Positions 38,273 through 46,950 of a stretch of 64,000 nucleotides of DNA are shown piece after piece. The stretch is from the NCBI GenBank assembly GCA_963666275.2, contig CAXXOA010000002.1, forward strand, positions 1,856,001-1,920,000, given 5' to 3'. The notes beneath the pieces are model-generated. The model ran no database searches. It saw only the letters and a program-made list of their open reading frames with translations, and was not told the origin of the DNA. This DNA is from Oceanispirochaeta sp. GTDB taxonomy: Bacteria > Spirochaetota > Spirochaetia > DSM-2461. Numbering within the stretch: position 1 is the stretch's first letter; each line of letters opens with the position of its first letter. The position numbers and the translations under genes were made by a program.

Positions 38273-39790
38273 ATGGCAGAGGAAAAATATATCCTGGAAA
38301 TGACGGATATTGTTAAAACATTCCCCGGTGTACAGGCCCTGAAAGGGGTTCAGCTTAAGGTTCGTCCCGGTGAGATTCATGCTCTCATGGGAGAGAATGG
38401 AGCCGGTAAATCAACACTGATGAACTGTCTGGCCGGTGTTCACAGCCAGACTTCAGGTACAATCCTGTACGATGGTGAAGTTCGTGAACAGTATAATACA
38501 ATTGAAGCCCTGAATATGGGGATTTCCATGATTCATCAGGAATTGAGTCCTGTACTTCATAGACCGATCATGGAGAATATCTGGCTTGGTAGAGAGCCCC
38601 TAAACAAATTCGGTCTTGTCGATCATCAGAAAATGTACGAAATGAGCCTTGAAGTTCTGAAGGAAATTGATCTGGATGTGGACCCCAGGCTTGAAATGGT
38701 TAATCTTACAGTAGCTAAAATGCAGATGATTGAAATCGCCAAGGCAATTTCATTCAATTCAAAACTGATTATTATGGATGAACCGACATCCGCTCTTGCT
38801 GATAAGGAAATTAAACAGCTTTTTACCCTGATGAGGAAACTCCGGGCAAGTGGAAAAAGCATTATATACATATCTCATAAACTGGATGAGGTTTATGAGA
38901 TTACCGACAGGATCTCTGTCTTCCGGGATGGAACCTACATCGGAACCGATGATACGGATAAACTGACCGAGGAAAAGCTTATCAATATGATGGTAGGCCG
39001 GGATGTGGATGAACTGTTTCCCAAGGAGGCATGTCCTATCGGGGATGTAAAACTGGAAGTGAAAAATCTGACTCACAGCAGATATTTCAATGATGTCTCC
39101 TTTACAGTCCGAAAAGGGGAGATCCTGGGAATCGCCGGATTAATCGGAGCCGGCCGAACCGAAGTGATTGAAACAATTTTCGGTATCAGGGACAAAGTTT
39201 CCGGTGAAATCCTTATAGACGGCAAGCCGGTAGACATTCTTTCTCCCCGGGATGCTATTGAAAATAAGATGGCTCTTCTGACAGAAGACCGGAGGCATTC
39301 GGGTATCTTCCCCATGCTTTCAGTCGGTGTGAATATGGCGATCTCTACATTTCCCAAGTTTATGAACAAGCTGGGACTTATCCGGGATCGGGATGTGAAG
39401 AAAGAGTGTGATGACTATGTTAAGAAAGTACAGGTCAAAACACCCAGTCTGAATCAGAGAGTCGAGAATCTTTCCGGTGGTAACCAGCAGAAAGTACTGG
39501 TATCCCGCTGGCTTATGACAAATCCGGAGATTCTTTTTCTGGACGAACCCACAAGAGGTATCGATGTGGGGGCAAAATCGGAAATCCACAGGCTTATAAC
39601 CAAACTGGCAGGAGAGGGCAAGTCTATTGTCATGGTCTCTTCCGAGCTCCCTGAGGTTATGGGAATGAGTGACAGGATCATGATAATGCATGAAGGAAAA
39701 GTCACTGGTATCGTTGATAACAGGGACGATCTGACTCAGGAAGAATTAATGACTTATGCTACAGGCAAAGCTGGGAAGAAAGGGGCGTAA
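38273..39790 (+). CDS. Sugar ABC ATP-binding protein (CUT2, MglA/RbsA-like)
   Basis: GENGAGKST, DEPTS, LSGGNQQKV, DEPTRGIDVGAK, SSELPE. Confidence 0.95.
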   Translation: MAEEKYILEMTDIVKTFPGVQALKGVQLKVRPGEIHALMGENGAGKSTLMNCLAGVHSQTSGTILYDGEVREQYNTIEALNMGISMIHQELSPVLHRPIMENIWLGREPLNKFGLVDHQKMYEMSLEVLKEIDLDVDPRLEMVNLTVAKMQMIEIAKAISFNSKLIIMDEPTSALADKEIKQLFTLMRKLRASGKSIIYISHKLDEVYEITDRISVFRDGTYIGTDDTDKLTEEKLINMMVGRDVDELFPKEACPIGDVKLEVKNLTHSRYFNDVSFTVRKGEILGIAGLIGAGRTEVIETIFGIRDKVSGEILIDGKPVDILSPRDAIENKMALLTEDRRHSGIFPMLSVGVNMAISTFPKFMNKLGLIRDRDVKKECDDYVKKVQVKTPSLNQRVENLSGGNQQKVLVSRWLMTNPEILFLDEPTRGIDVGAKSEIHRLITKLAGEGKSIVMVSSELPEVMGMSDRIMIMHEGKVTGIVDNRDDLTQEELMTYATGKAGKKGA

Positions 39791-39794
39791 AAAA

Positions 39795-40802
39795 ATGTCT
39801 GCAACGGAAAACATTTTAAAGTTGAATAAAGCGGGATACAAAGAGATCCTGCAGAAATACGGTATCGTTTTTGTTCTGATTCTGATGATCATCGGTATCA
39901 GTATTGTGGAACCTGCTTTTTTGAGCAGTACGAATATTTTCAATGTAATGACTCAGTCCGCCATCTTCGGAATTATGGCTCTGGGACTCACATTCGTTAT
40001 CATTTCAAAGGGAATTGACCTCTCTGTAGGTTCTGTTCTGGCTTTTGCCGGTGTTGTTGCCGCCAGTCTGGCTCAGACTGCCGAAGCGACGGGTAAGTAT
40101 TTCCCCAACCTTCCGGTAATGCCTGTGATTGTTCCGATCGCGGCTGCTCTGGCAGTGGGTGCCGCCTGTGGTGCTGTTTCGGGAGCCCTGATTGCGAAAA
40201 CAAAGATCCCGGCGTTTATTTCCACTCTGGGTATGATGACCGTGGCCAGAGGTTTCGCTCTGATCTACTCTGATGGTAAACCCGTCAGTACCCTGATACC
40301 TTCCATGACCAGACTGGGTGGTAAACTCTGGGGATTCCTTCCCATTCCCGTTCTGATCTACTTTATTATGATTGTTGTCAGTTCCATACTGCTGAACAAA
40401 ACCAGATTCGGGAAAAGTGTTTACGCAGTCGGTGGAAATATTAAAGCGGCAGAAGTTTCAGGAGTTAATGTAAGCAGAACCCTAATTCTGATTTTTGCCT
40501 ACAGCGGTTTCCTGGCGGGACTGGCAGCGGTTGTATTTGCAGGCCGTGTAGGTTCTGTCCATCCCGGTGCGGCTTTCGGTTATGAGCTGACTGCTATTGC
40601 GGCTACCACCATCGGTGGTACCAGCCATTCCGGCGGTATCGGTACAATCTGGGGTGCTTTTGTCGGAGCTATGGTTCTGGCTGTTCTCAGAAACGGTCTG
40701 ACCCTTCTGGGGGTTGATGCCTACTGGCAGCAGGTTACCGAAGGTGTTATCATTGTTGTTGCTGTTATCATCGACATGAGAAAGAACTCTAAAAAAGACT
40801 AA
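39795..40802 (+). CDS. Sugar ABC permease (RbsC-like)
   Basis: [42 protein letters not shown]. Confidence 0.95.
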   Translation: MSATENILKLNKAGYKEILQKYGIVFVLILMIIGISIVEPAFLSSTNIFNVMTQSAIFGIMALGLTFVIISKGIDLSVGSVLAFAGVVAASLAQTAEATGKYFPNLPVMPVIVPIAAALAVGAACGAVSGALIAKTKIPAFISTLGMMTVARGFALIYSDGKPVSTLIPSMTRLGGKLWGFLPIPVLIYFIMIVVSSILLNKTRFGKSVYAVGGNIKAAEVSGVNVSRTLILIFAYSGFLAGLAAVVFAGRVGSVHPGAAFGYELTAIAATTIGGTSHSGGIGTIWGAFVGAMVLAVLRNGLTLLGVDAYWQQVTEGVIIVVAVIIDMRKNSKKD

Positions 40803-40833
40803 TTAAAAAGATAATTTTTAAAGGATTGTTACT

Positions 40834-41847
40834 ATGGAAAAAGTAAGAATCGGCTCTGTAGGCCTGGGCCGCCTGGGATTGCAGCATGCTGAAAATATCG
40901 CTACCAAAGTGATGGGTGCGGAATTAACGGTTCTGTGCGATCTGAATACGGCCCTGCTGAACGAGACTGCTGACAGATTGAATGTTAAATACCGCTGCAG
41001 CAGTTTTGAGGAGATGATAGCTATTGATGAACTGGATGCCGTTGTCATAGTTTCCCCCTCGGGTCTGCATACAGCTCAGATTTCTGCTGCTCTGGCAGCA
41101 GGGAAGCATGTATTTTCCGAAAAACCCCTGGGAATTTCTGTTTCAGAATGCCAGGATGCGGAAAAAGCCGTTGAGAAACACAGTGATAAGGTTTTCATGC
41201 TGGGCTTTATGCGCCGGTTTGATGAATCCTATATGTATGCCCATCAGAAAGTAGTGGACGGTGAGATCGGAAAGCCCGTGCTTTTCCGTTCCTACAGCCA
41301 GGATCCGGAAAAGTTTATTGACGGAGCCATCGCTTTTGCCGGTCACAGCGGCGGGCAGTTTCTGGATATGGCAGTGCATGACATTGATCTGGCCCGGTGG
41401 TTTCTGAACTCCGAGCCGGTCAATGTGACTGCCATGGGCGGCTGTTATGCCCATCCCGAGTTTGGTCAGTACAAAGACGGAGACAATGTTTCCTGTCTGA
41501 TGCAGTTTGAAAACGATGCGATGGTTTTTCTGTTTGCAGGAAGAACAGCTCCCCATGGGTATAATGTGGAGACCGAAATCATAGGGACAGAGGGCATTCT
41601 GAGAATCGCTTCGGTTCCCCAGAAGAACCTGGTGGAAGTCCTGGATTCAAACGGAGTCAGGCGTGAGTGCAGTCAGAATTTTCTGGAACGGTTCAAAAGC
41701 TCCTATGTGAATGAGATTCAGGAGTTTGTGGACTGCATCAGGGAAGGAAGAAAACCGGAAGTTTCCGTTTATGACGGAACAGCAGTTTCAAGGATTGCCT
41801 ATAAGTGCAAAGAGTCTTTTGAGACGGGGAAACAGCTGAGGTTTTAA
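40834..41847 (+). CDS. iolG: Gfo/Idh/MocA oxidoreductase, inositol 2-dehydrogenase-like
   Basis: GLGRLG..HA, HVFSEKP, LGFMRRFD, SGGQFLDMAVHDID, HGYNVETEI. Confidence 0.75.
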   Translation: MEKVRIGSVGLGRLGLQHAENIATKVMGAELTVLCDLNTALLNETADRLNVKYRCSSFEEMIAIDELDAVVIVSPSGLHTAQISAALAAGKHVFSEKPLGISVSECQDAEKAVEKHSDKVFMLGFMRRFDESYMYAHQKVVDGEIGKPVLFRSYSQDPEKFIDGAIAFAGHSGGQFLDMAVHDIDLARWFLNSEPVNVTAMGGCYAHPEFGQYKDGDNVSCLMQFENDAMVFLFAGRTAPHGYNVETEIIGTEGILRIASVPQKNLVEVLDSNGVRRECSQNFLERFKSSYVNEIQEFVDCIREGRKPEVSVYDGTAVSRIAYKCKESFETGKQLRF

Positions 41848-41849
41848 TA

Positions 41850-42875
41850 ATGAAATCATCCCAGGTCACCATTAAGGATATTGCTGAGATTGCAGGGGTC
41901 AGTTTCTCTACAGTCTCCCGTTCTCTGAATAACAGCGGACAGGTCTCGGAAAAAACAAGAACACGAATCTGTAAAATAGCCGAAGACCTGGGATTTGAAT
42001 TCAATGCCGGAGCCAGAAGTATGATCACCAGCCGTTCAGGAACGGTTGGGATCGTTCTTCCCGAACAGTATACCCTGATTAATGTCAATGTGTATCACGG
42101 CATGCTTATGAACAGTTTGAGAACCTATCTTGAAAAAGCGGATATGGATCTTATCGTGACCTACCAGAAAAATCATTTCAACCAGAACAATAATATTAAA
42201 AGACTCATCACAAGAAAGAAAATCGACGGACTGATTCTGCTGGAGGAGTTCATCGAGGAAGAGACTCTGTCCTTTCTGAAAGCCAGGAATTTTCCCTTTG
42301 TCTGCATCCACTATCCTCCGTCTCCTCTTGTAAAAGATGAAGAGGTGGTGTTTACGGATCATTACACCGGGGGCGTCCTGGTGGCGGAACATCTTCTCAG
42401 TCTGGGAAAGACATCCTTTCTTCTGCTGACAGAAGGAGATCCCCATCAGGAGTTTGTGCTCCGGGAGAGGGGATTTACCGAGACTGTCAATAAAGCGGGG
42501 TACAGGTTTAAACGTCTTGTAGCGCATTTGAACTATCATGATGCGGTGGATCTGATGAGGGAGAATATCCGCTTCGCCAGAGGTGCCGATGCGATCTTTG
42601 CTATAAATGACCTGATGGCTATGGGAGCCATGACAGTACTCAGGGACGAGGGATACAGGATCCCCGAGGATATTGCCGTGGTGGGATACGATGATTCCGA
42701 GTTCGCCCGGTACAGTTCTCCCACTCTGACATCGATTCATCAGCCCCGGGAAGAGCTGGCTCATATCTCCTGTGACAGGCTTTTTATGCAGATGGAAAAA
42801 CAGAGACAGAAAGAGCAATACTATAAAAAACGAATCAGTATTCAACCTGTCCTGATAAAAAGAGAGTCAACCTGA
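41850..42875 (+). CDS. LacI-family transcriptional regulator
   Basis: TIKDIAEIAGVSFSTVSRSLN, NDLMAMG, IPEDIAVVGYDD, PTLTSI.QP. Confidence 0.95.
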   Translation: MKSSQVTIKDIAEIAGVSFSTVSRSLNNSGQVSEKTRTRICKIAEDLGFEFNAGARSMITSRSGTVGIVLPEQYTLINVNVYHGMLMNSLRTYLEKADMDLIVTYQKNHFNQNNNIKRLITRKKIDGLILLEEFIEEETLSFLKARNFPFVCIHYPPSPLVKDEEVVFTDHYTGGVLVAEHLLSLGKTSFLLLTEGDPHQEFVLRERGFTETVNKAGYRFKRLVAHLNYHDAVDLMRENIRFARGADAIFAINDLMAMGAMTVLRDEGYRIPEDIAVVGYDDSEFARYSSPTLTSIHQPREELAHISCDRLFMQMEKQRQKEQYYKKRISIQPVLIKREST

Positions 42876-42913
42876 AGGCGGGTGACCGGACTTGAAATCT
42901 CTGAATCTTCTGC

Positions 42914-42942
42914 TTGAATGTCAGACAATATTATGTTAGGAT
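42914..42942 (+). promoter_or_regulatory. Internal promoter for iolBDE overlapped by a FadR-type operator
   Basis: TTGAAT-17 nt-TAGGAT; ATGTCAGACAA at 42918-42928 (reverse complement TTGTCTGACAT). Confidence 0.6.
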
Positions 42943-42967
42943 AATAGTCACTCCAAGGAGGTTTGAT

Positions 42968-43786
42968 TTGGTAGAAAGACGACATGATAATATAGAATCC
43001 GGTTATATCTCCATAACCGAGGAAGAGGGAAAAAACTCAGAGATGCTTCTGGATTTCGGGCTCCTCAAGCTGAAAGCCGGAGAGTCCTGGAGCAGTGATG
43101 ATTCCCGCAGGGAAAGAGCCTTTAACCTGATACAGGGAACAGTCACATTCGAATGGGAAGGACACAGTGAAACTGTGACAAGAACATCCTGTTTTGATGA
43201 AGCCCCCTTTGTACTTCACGTGGCAAAAGGGGTAAACGTGATACTCTCTGCCGGAACGGAAGCGGAACTGGCCGTGGAAGCCAAGAAAAACGAAACAGAT
43301 TTCCCTTCCAAATTTTACAGGCAGGAAGATATACGCAGCGATATATTCGGCGGCGGAATCATGAATGATACAGCAAAGCGGACTGTCCGTACTGTATTTG
43401 ACGGAGAAATAGCCCCCTATTCCAATATGGTTATGGGAGAGGTTATCAATCATCCGGGAAAATGGTCCAGCTACCCCCCTCATCACCATCCTCAGCCTGA
43501 GATCTATCACTACAGGCATTTTCCTCAGGAGGGATTCGGCGTCTCTCTGATCGACGAGGATCCTTTCTATGTGAAAAACGGCGATACCACCCTGATTCCG
43601 GGAGGGAAAACCCACTCTCAGGTTGCCGGTGCCGGGTATGCCATGTTCTATATCTGGATGATCCCTCATCTGGAAGGAGACCGTTGGCTGCCAACAACAC
43701 GCTATTTTGTAAAAGAACATGAATGGCTCAAAGAGCCGGGCGTAAAAATTTGGCCCGAATTGAAATACGGGGAGGAACATAAATAA
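42968..43786 (+). CDS. iolB: 5-deoxy-glucuronate isomerase (IolB/KduI family)
   Basis: [44 protein letters not shown] before TTG. Confidence 0.85.
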   Translation: MVERRHDNIESGYISITEEEGKNSEMLLDFGLLKLKAGESWSSDDSRRERAFNLIQGTVTFEWEGHSETVTRTSCFDEAPFVLHVAKGVNVILSAGTEAELAVEAKKNETDFPSKFYRQEDIRSDIFGGGIMNDTAKRTVRTVFDGEIAPYSNMVMGEVINHPGKWSSYPPHHHPQPEIYHYRHFPQEGFGVSLIDEDPFYVKNGDTTLIPGGKTHSQVAGAGYAMFYIWMIPHLEGDRWLPTTRYFVKEHEWLKEPGVKIWPELKYGEEHK

Positions 43787-45720
43787 TGGGAACAACCAGA
43801 ATGACAGTCGCTCAGGCGCTTGTGAAATTTCTGAATCAGCAGTATCTGGAATTCGACGGAGAAGTCCATCCTTTTGTTGAAGGTATCTTCACAGTTTTCG
43901 GCCATGGAAACGTGGTCGGTCTGGGACAGGCTCTTGAAGAGGATCCCGGACATCTTAAAGTTCACCAGGGACGGAATGAACAGGGAATGGCTCATGCCGC
44001 TATGGGTTTTGCCAAACAGAATCACAGGCGGAAAATCTATGCGGCCACCTCGTCTGTCGGGCCCGGTGCCGCCAATATGGTGACTGCGGCGGCAACGGCA
44101 ACTGCCAATAGAATTCCCGTTCTCCTGCTTCCGGGCGATACCTATGCCACAAGACAGCCTGATCCGGTTCTGCAGCAGATGGAACAGTTTCACGATCTGA
44201 CACTTACGACAAATGATGCCTTCCGTGCTGTTTGTAAATACTGGGACAGAATCAACCGGCCGGAGCAGCTTATGAGTGCCATGATAAGCGCCATGAGAAC
44301 CCTGACTGATCCGGCAATGACAGGAGCCGTTGCCGTCTGTCTTCCCCAGGATGTTCAAGGTGAGGCTTACGACTACCCGGATTACTTCTTTCAGAAACGG
44401 ATTCACCGGCTGGAAAGAACGGCACCCACTGAAGCTATGGTAGCCGAAGCGGTGGCTTTGATCAAAAAGAAGAAAAAGCCCATGCTTATATGCGGCGGCG
44501 GGGTAAGATACTCAGAGGCCGGTCAGGAGCTGATCAAATTCGCCGAAGAGTTCAATATTCCCTATGCCGAAACCCAGGCCGGCAAGAGCGCCACCCTCTA
44601 TTCCCATCCCCTGAATATCGGAGGAGTCGGAACAACAGGTTGTCTGGCGGCCAATACTCTGGGACAGGAGACCGATCTTGTTATCGGTGTGGGTACCAGA
44701 TACACAGACTTTACCACCGCTTCCAAATGGCTCTATCAGAATCCCGATGTGGATTACGTGAACATCAATATTGCCTCTTTCGACTCCTATAAAATGGATG
44801 CCGTCCGGGTAACCGCCGATGCGAAAGCCGCCCTGGCAGCCATCAGGGAAGCCCTGGTGAAAGAGGGATATAAATCATCCTATACCACTGAAATCAAAGC
44901 GGCCAAAGAGGAGTGGGACAAAGAGCTGGACCGTCTTTTCCATCTGGAATACACAGGTCCCGGATTCAGTCCTGAGATCAAAGACAGCCTGACCGATGCT
45001 CTGGAGGAGTACAGTCAGTTCCTGGGGACAAAACTCACTCAGACCAGAGTCCTGGGGATCCTTGACGAAATTATGGAAGACAGTGATATCTGCGTTGGCG
45101 CCTCCGGTTCCCTTCCCGGTGACCTGCAGCGGGTCTTCCGGGCAAAAAGCGAACGGTCCTATCATATGGAGTACGGCTACTCCTGTATGGGTTACGAGAT
45201 CAACGCGGCTCTGGGAGCCAAAATGGCAGAGCCCGGAAGAGAAGTCTATACCTATGTGGGAGACGGTTCTTTTATGATGCTCCACTCAGAGCTTGTCACT
45301 TCTCTCCAGGAAGGTCTCAAAATCAACGTTGTTGTTTTTGACAACGTGGAATTCGGCTGCATCAACAATCTGCAGCAGGAGAGAGGACAGGGCAGCTTCG
45401 GAACAGAGATGAGGAAGCGGAACCCCGCTTCGGGAAAACTGGACGGTGAACTGGTTTACGTGGATTTTGCCAAAATCGGTGAAGGCTACGGCTGTAAAAC
45501 CTATACTGTAAAAAATGAAGAAGAGCTGAGAGCCGCTGTGGAAGATGCAAAAAAGCAGACTGTATCGACTGTTATCGACATTAAAGTTCTGCCTAAAACC
45601 ATGACAGACGGTTACAAGGGATTCTGGAGATGCGGTCAGGCCGAAGTGGCGAAAAAAGCTTCTGTTGTGGAAGAAACCCGCAATATGAAAGAAGAGCTTA
45701 AAAAAGCAAGACAGTACTGA
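43786..45720 (+). CDS. iolD: 3D-(3,5/4)-trihydroxycyclohexane-1,2-dione acylhydrolase
   Basis: [53 protein letters not shown] motif GDGSF...N. Confidence 0.97.
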   Translation: MGTTRMTVAQALVKFLNQQYLEFDGEVHPFVEGIFTVFGHGNVVGLGQALEEDPGHLKVHQGRNEQGMAHAAMGFAKQNHRRKIYAATSSVGPGAANMVTAAATATANRIPVLLLPGDTYATRQPDPVLQQMEQFHDLTLTTNDAFRAVCKYWDRINRPEQLMSAMISAMRTLTDPAMTGAVAVCLPQDVQGEAYDYPDYFFQKRIHRLERTAPTEAMVAEAVALIKKKKKPMLICGGGVRYSEAGQELIKFAEEFNIPYAETQAGKSATLYSHPLNIGGVGTTGCLAANTLGQETDLVIGVGTRYTDFTTASKWLYQNPDVDYVNINIASFDSYKMDAVRVTADAKAALAAIREALVKEGYKSSYTTEIKAAKEEWDKELDRLFHLEYTGPGFSPEIKDSLTDALEEYSQFLGTKLTQTRVLGILDEIMEDSDICVGASGSLPGDLQRVFRAKSERSYHMEYGYSCMGYEINAALGAKMAEPGREVYTYVGDGSFMMLHSELVTSLQEGLKINVVVFDNVEFGCINNLQQERGQGSFGTEMRKRNPASGKLDGELVYVDFAKIGEGYGCKTYTVKNEEELRAAVEDAKKQTVSTVIDIKVLPKTMTDGYKGFWRCGQAEVAKKASVVEETRNMKEELKKARQY

Positions 45721-45739
45721 TTCGACTGTGAAGCAGCAA

Positions 45740-45772
45740 TTTTCCTGAAGAGACCTGTCTCTTCAGGAAATT
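45740..45772. other. Long intergenic hairpin between iolD and iolE
   Basis: TTTCCTGAAGAGAC-CT-GTCTCTTCAGGAAA. Confidence 0.6.
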
Positions 45773-45793
45773 TAACGTAAAAAGAGGATAAAA

Positions 45794-46687
45794 ATGAATA
45801 AGCAGAATGTTAAACTCGGTATGGCCCCTATCGGCTGGACCAATGACGACATGCCCGATCTCGGGTCGGAAAACACCTTTCAGCAGTGTGTGAGTGAAAT
45901 GGCTCTGGCCGGATATACCGGTTCCGAAGTAGGAAGCAAATACCCCAAAGATCCTGCCGTACTCAAGGAATACCTGGATATCCGGGGCATTCAGATCTGT
46001 AACCAGTGGTTCAGTTCCTTTCTCTGCTCTCAGCCCTATGAACAGGTGGAAAAGGATTTCCGCTCTCAGCTGACATTCCTGAAAGCTCTGGGAGCTGATG
46101 TGATCGGACCCTCCGAACAGACCCGCTCCTGCCAGGGACAGCTGGATGTCTCTGTATTTTCAGGAAAGGCCATGTTTTCTGACGAAGAGTTTAAAAAGCT
46201 GACACAGGGCATGAACAAGCTGGGACATATTGCGAAAGAAGAGGGTATGAAACTGGCTTTCCATCACCATATGGGGACAGGAGTACAGACTATTGAAGAA
46301 ACGGAACGTTTTCTCAATGACACTGATCCGGACAAGGTTTACCTTCTCTTCGATTCAGGCCACTTTGCCTTTTCTCAGGAAGATCCCATTGCGGCTCTGA
46401 AAAAGTTTATCTCCCGGGTGGGCCATGTCCATCTGAAAGATATGCGGGGCGAAGTCTATAAAAAGGTTAAAGCGGCAGACAGCTCCTTCCTGGACGCCGT
46501 ACGGGCCGGTGTATTCACAGTTCCCGGTGACGGCGATGTGGATTTCCCCTCGATCTTTAAAATCCTGGATGAGAATAACTACAAAGGCTGGATGGTTGTA
46601 GAGGCTGAACAGGATCCTGCCAAGGCGAATCCTTTCAAATACTCCAAAATGGCCCGCGGTTATATCCGCGAGTTTGCCGGAATCTGA
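45794..46687 (+). CDS. iolE: 2-keto-myo-inositol (myo-inosose-2) dehydratase
   Basis: APIGWTNDDMPDLG, SEMALAG, HHHMGT, HVHLKD, FTVPGDG, VEAEQDP. Confidence 0.97.
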   Translation: MNKQNVKLGMAPIGWTNDDMPDLGSENTFQQCVSEMALAGYTGSEVGSKYPKDPAVLKEYLDIRGIQICNQWFSSFLCSQPYEQVEKDFRSQLTFLKALGADVIGPSEQTRSCQGQLDVSVFSGKAMFSDEEFKKLTQGMNKLGHIAKEEGMKLAFHHHMGTGVQTIEETERFLNDTDPDKVYLLFDSGHFAFSQEDPIAALKKFISRVGHVHLKDMRGEVYKKVKAADSSFLDAVRAGVFTVPGDGDVDFPSIFKILDENNYKGWMVVEAEQDPAKANPFKYSKMARGYIREFAGI

Positions 46688-46720
46688 CAGACAAAGACAT
46701 TTTTTTCATATAACTCCTTC

Positions 46721-46752
46721 GGATCCTCCTGTGCTCAGGGGGATCCTTTTTT
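46721..46752 (+). terminator. Rho-independent terminator of the iol operon
   Basis: GGATCCTCCTG-TGCT-CAGGGGGGATCC followed by T6. Confidence 0.85.
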
Positions 46753-46950
46753 ATACCCCGGGAGAGACTTTTCTCTAGAATGGGGGATTATAGGAAAAAA
46801 CCCTTTTAAATCTACGAAAAAAGAAAAAATGTATAATAATATGAATGAAAACGTAAATCAGGCCCCTGTCCGTTACTAATTTCCTTGCAATCCCTATAAG
46901 CTGTGTTATAGTTCAAAAGAGAGGACAATCCCTGTACCGGAGGTACCTGA

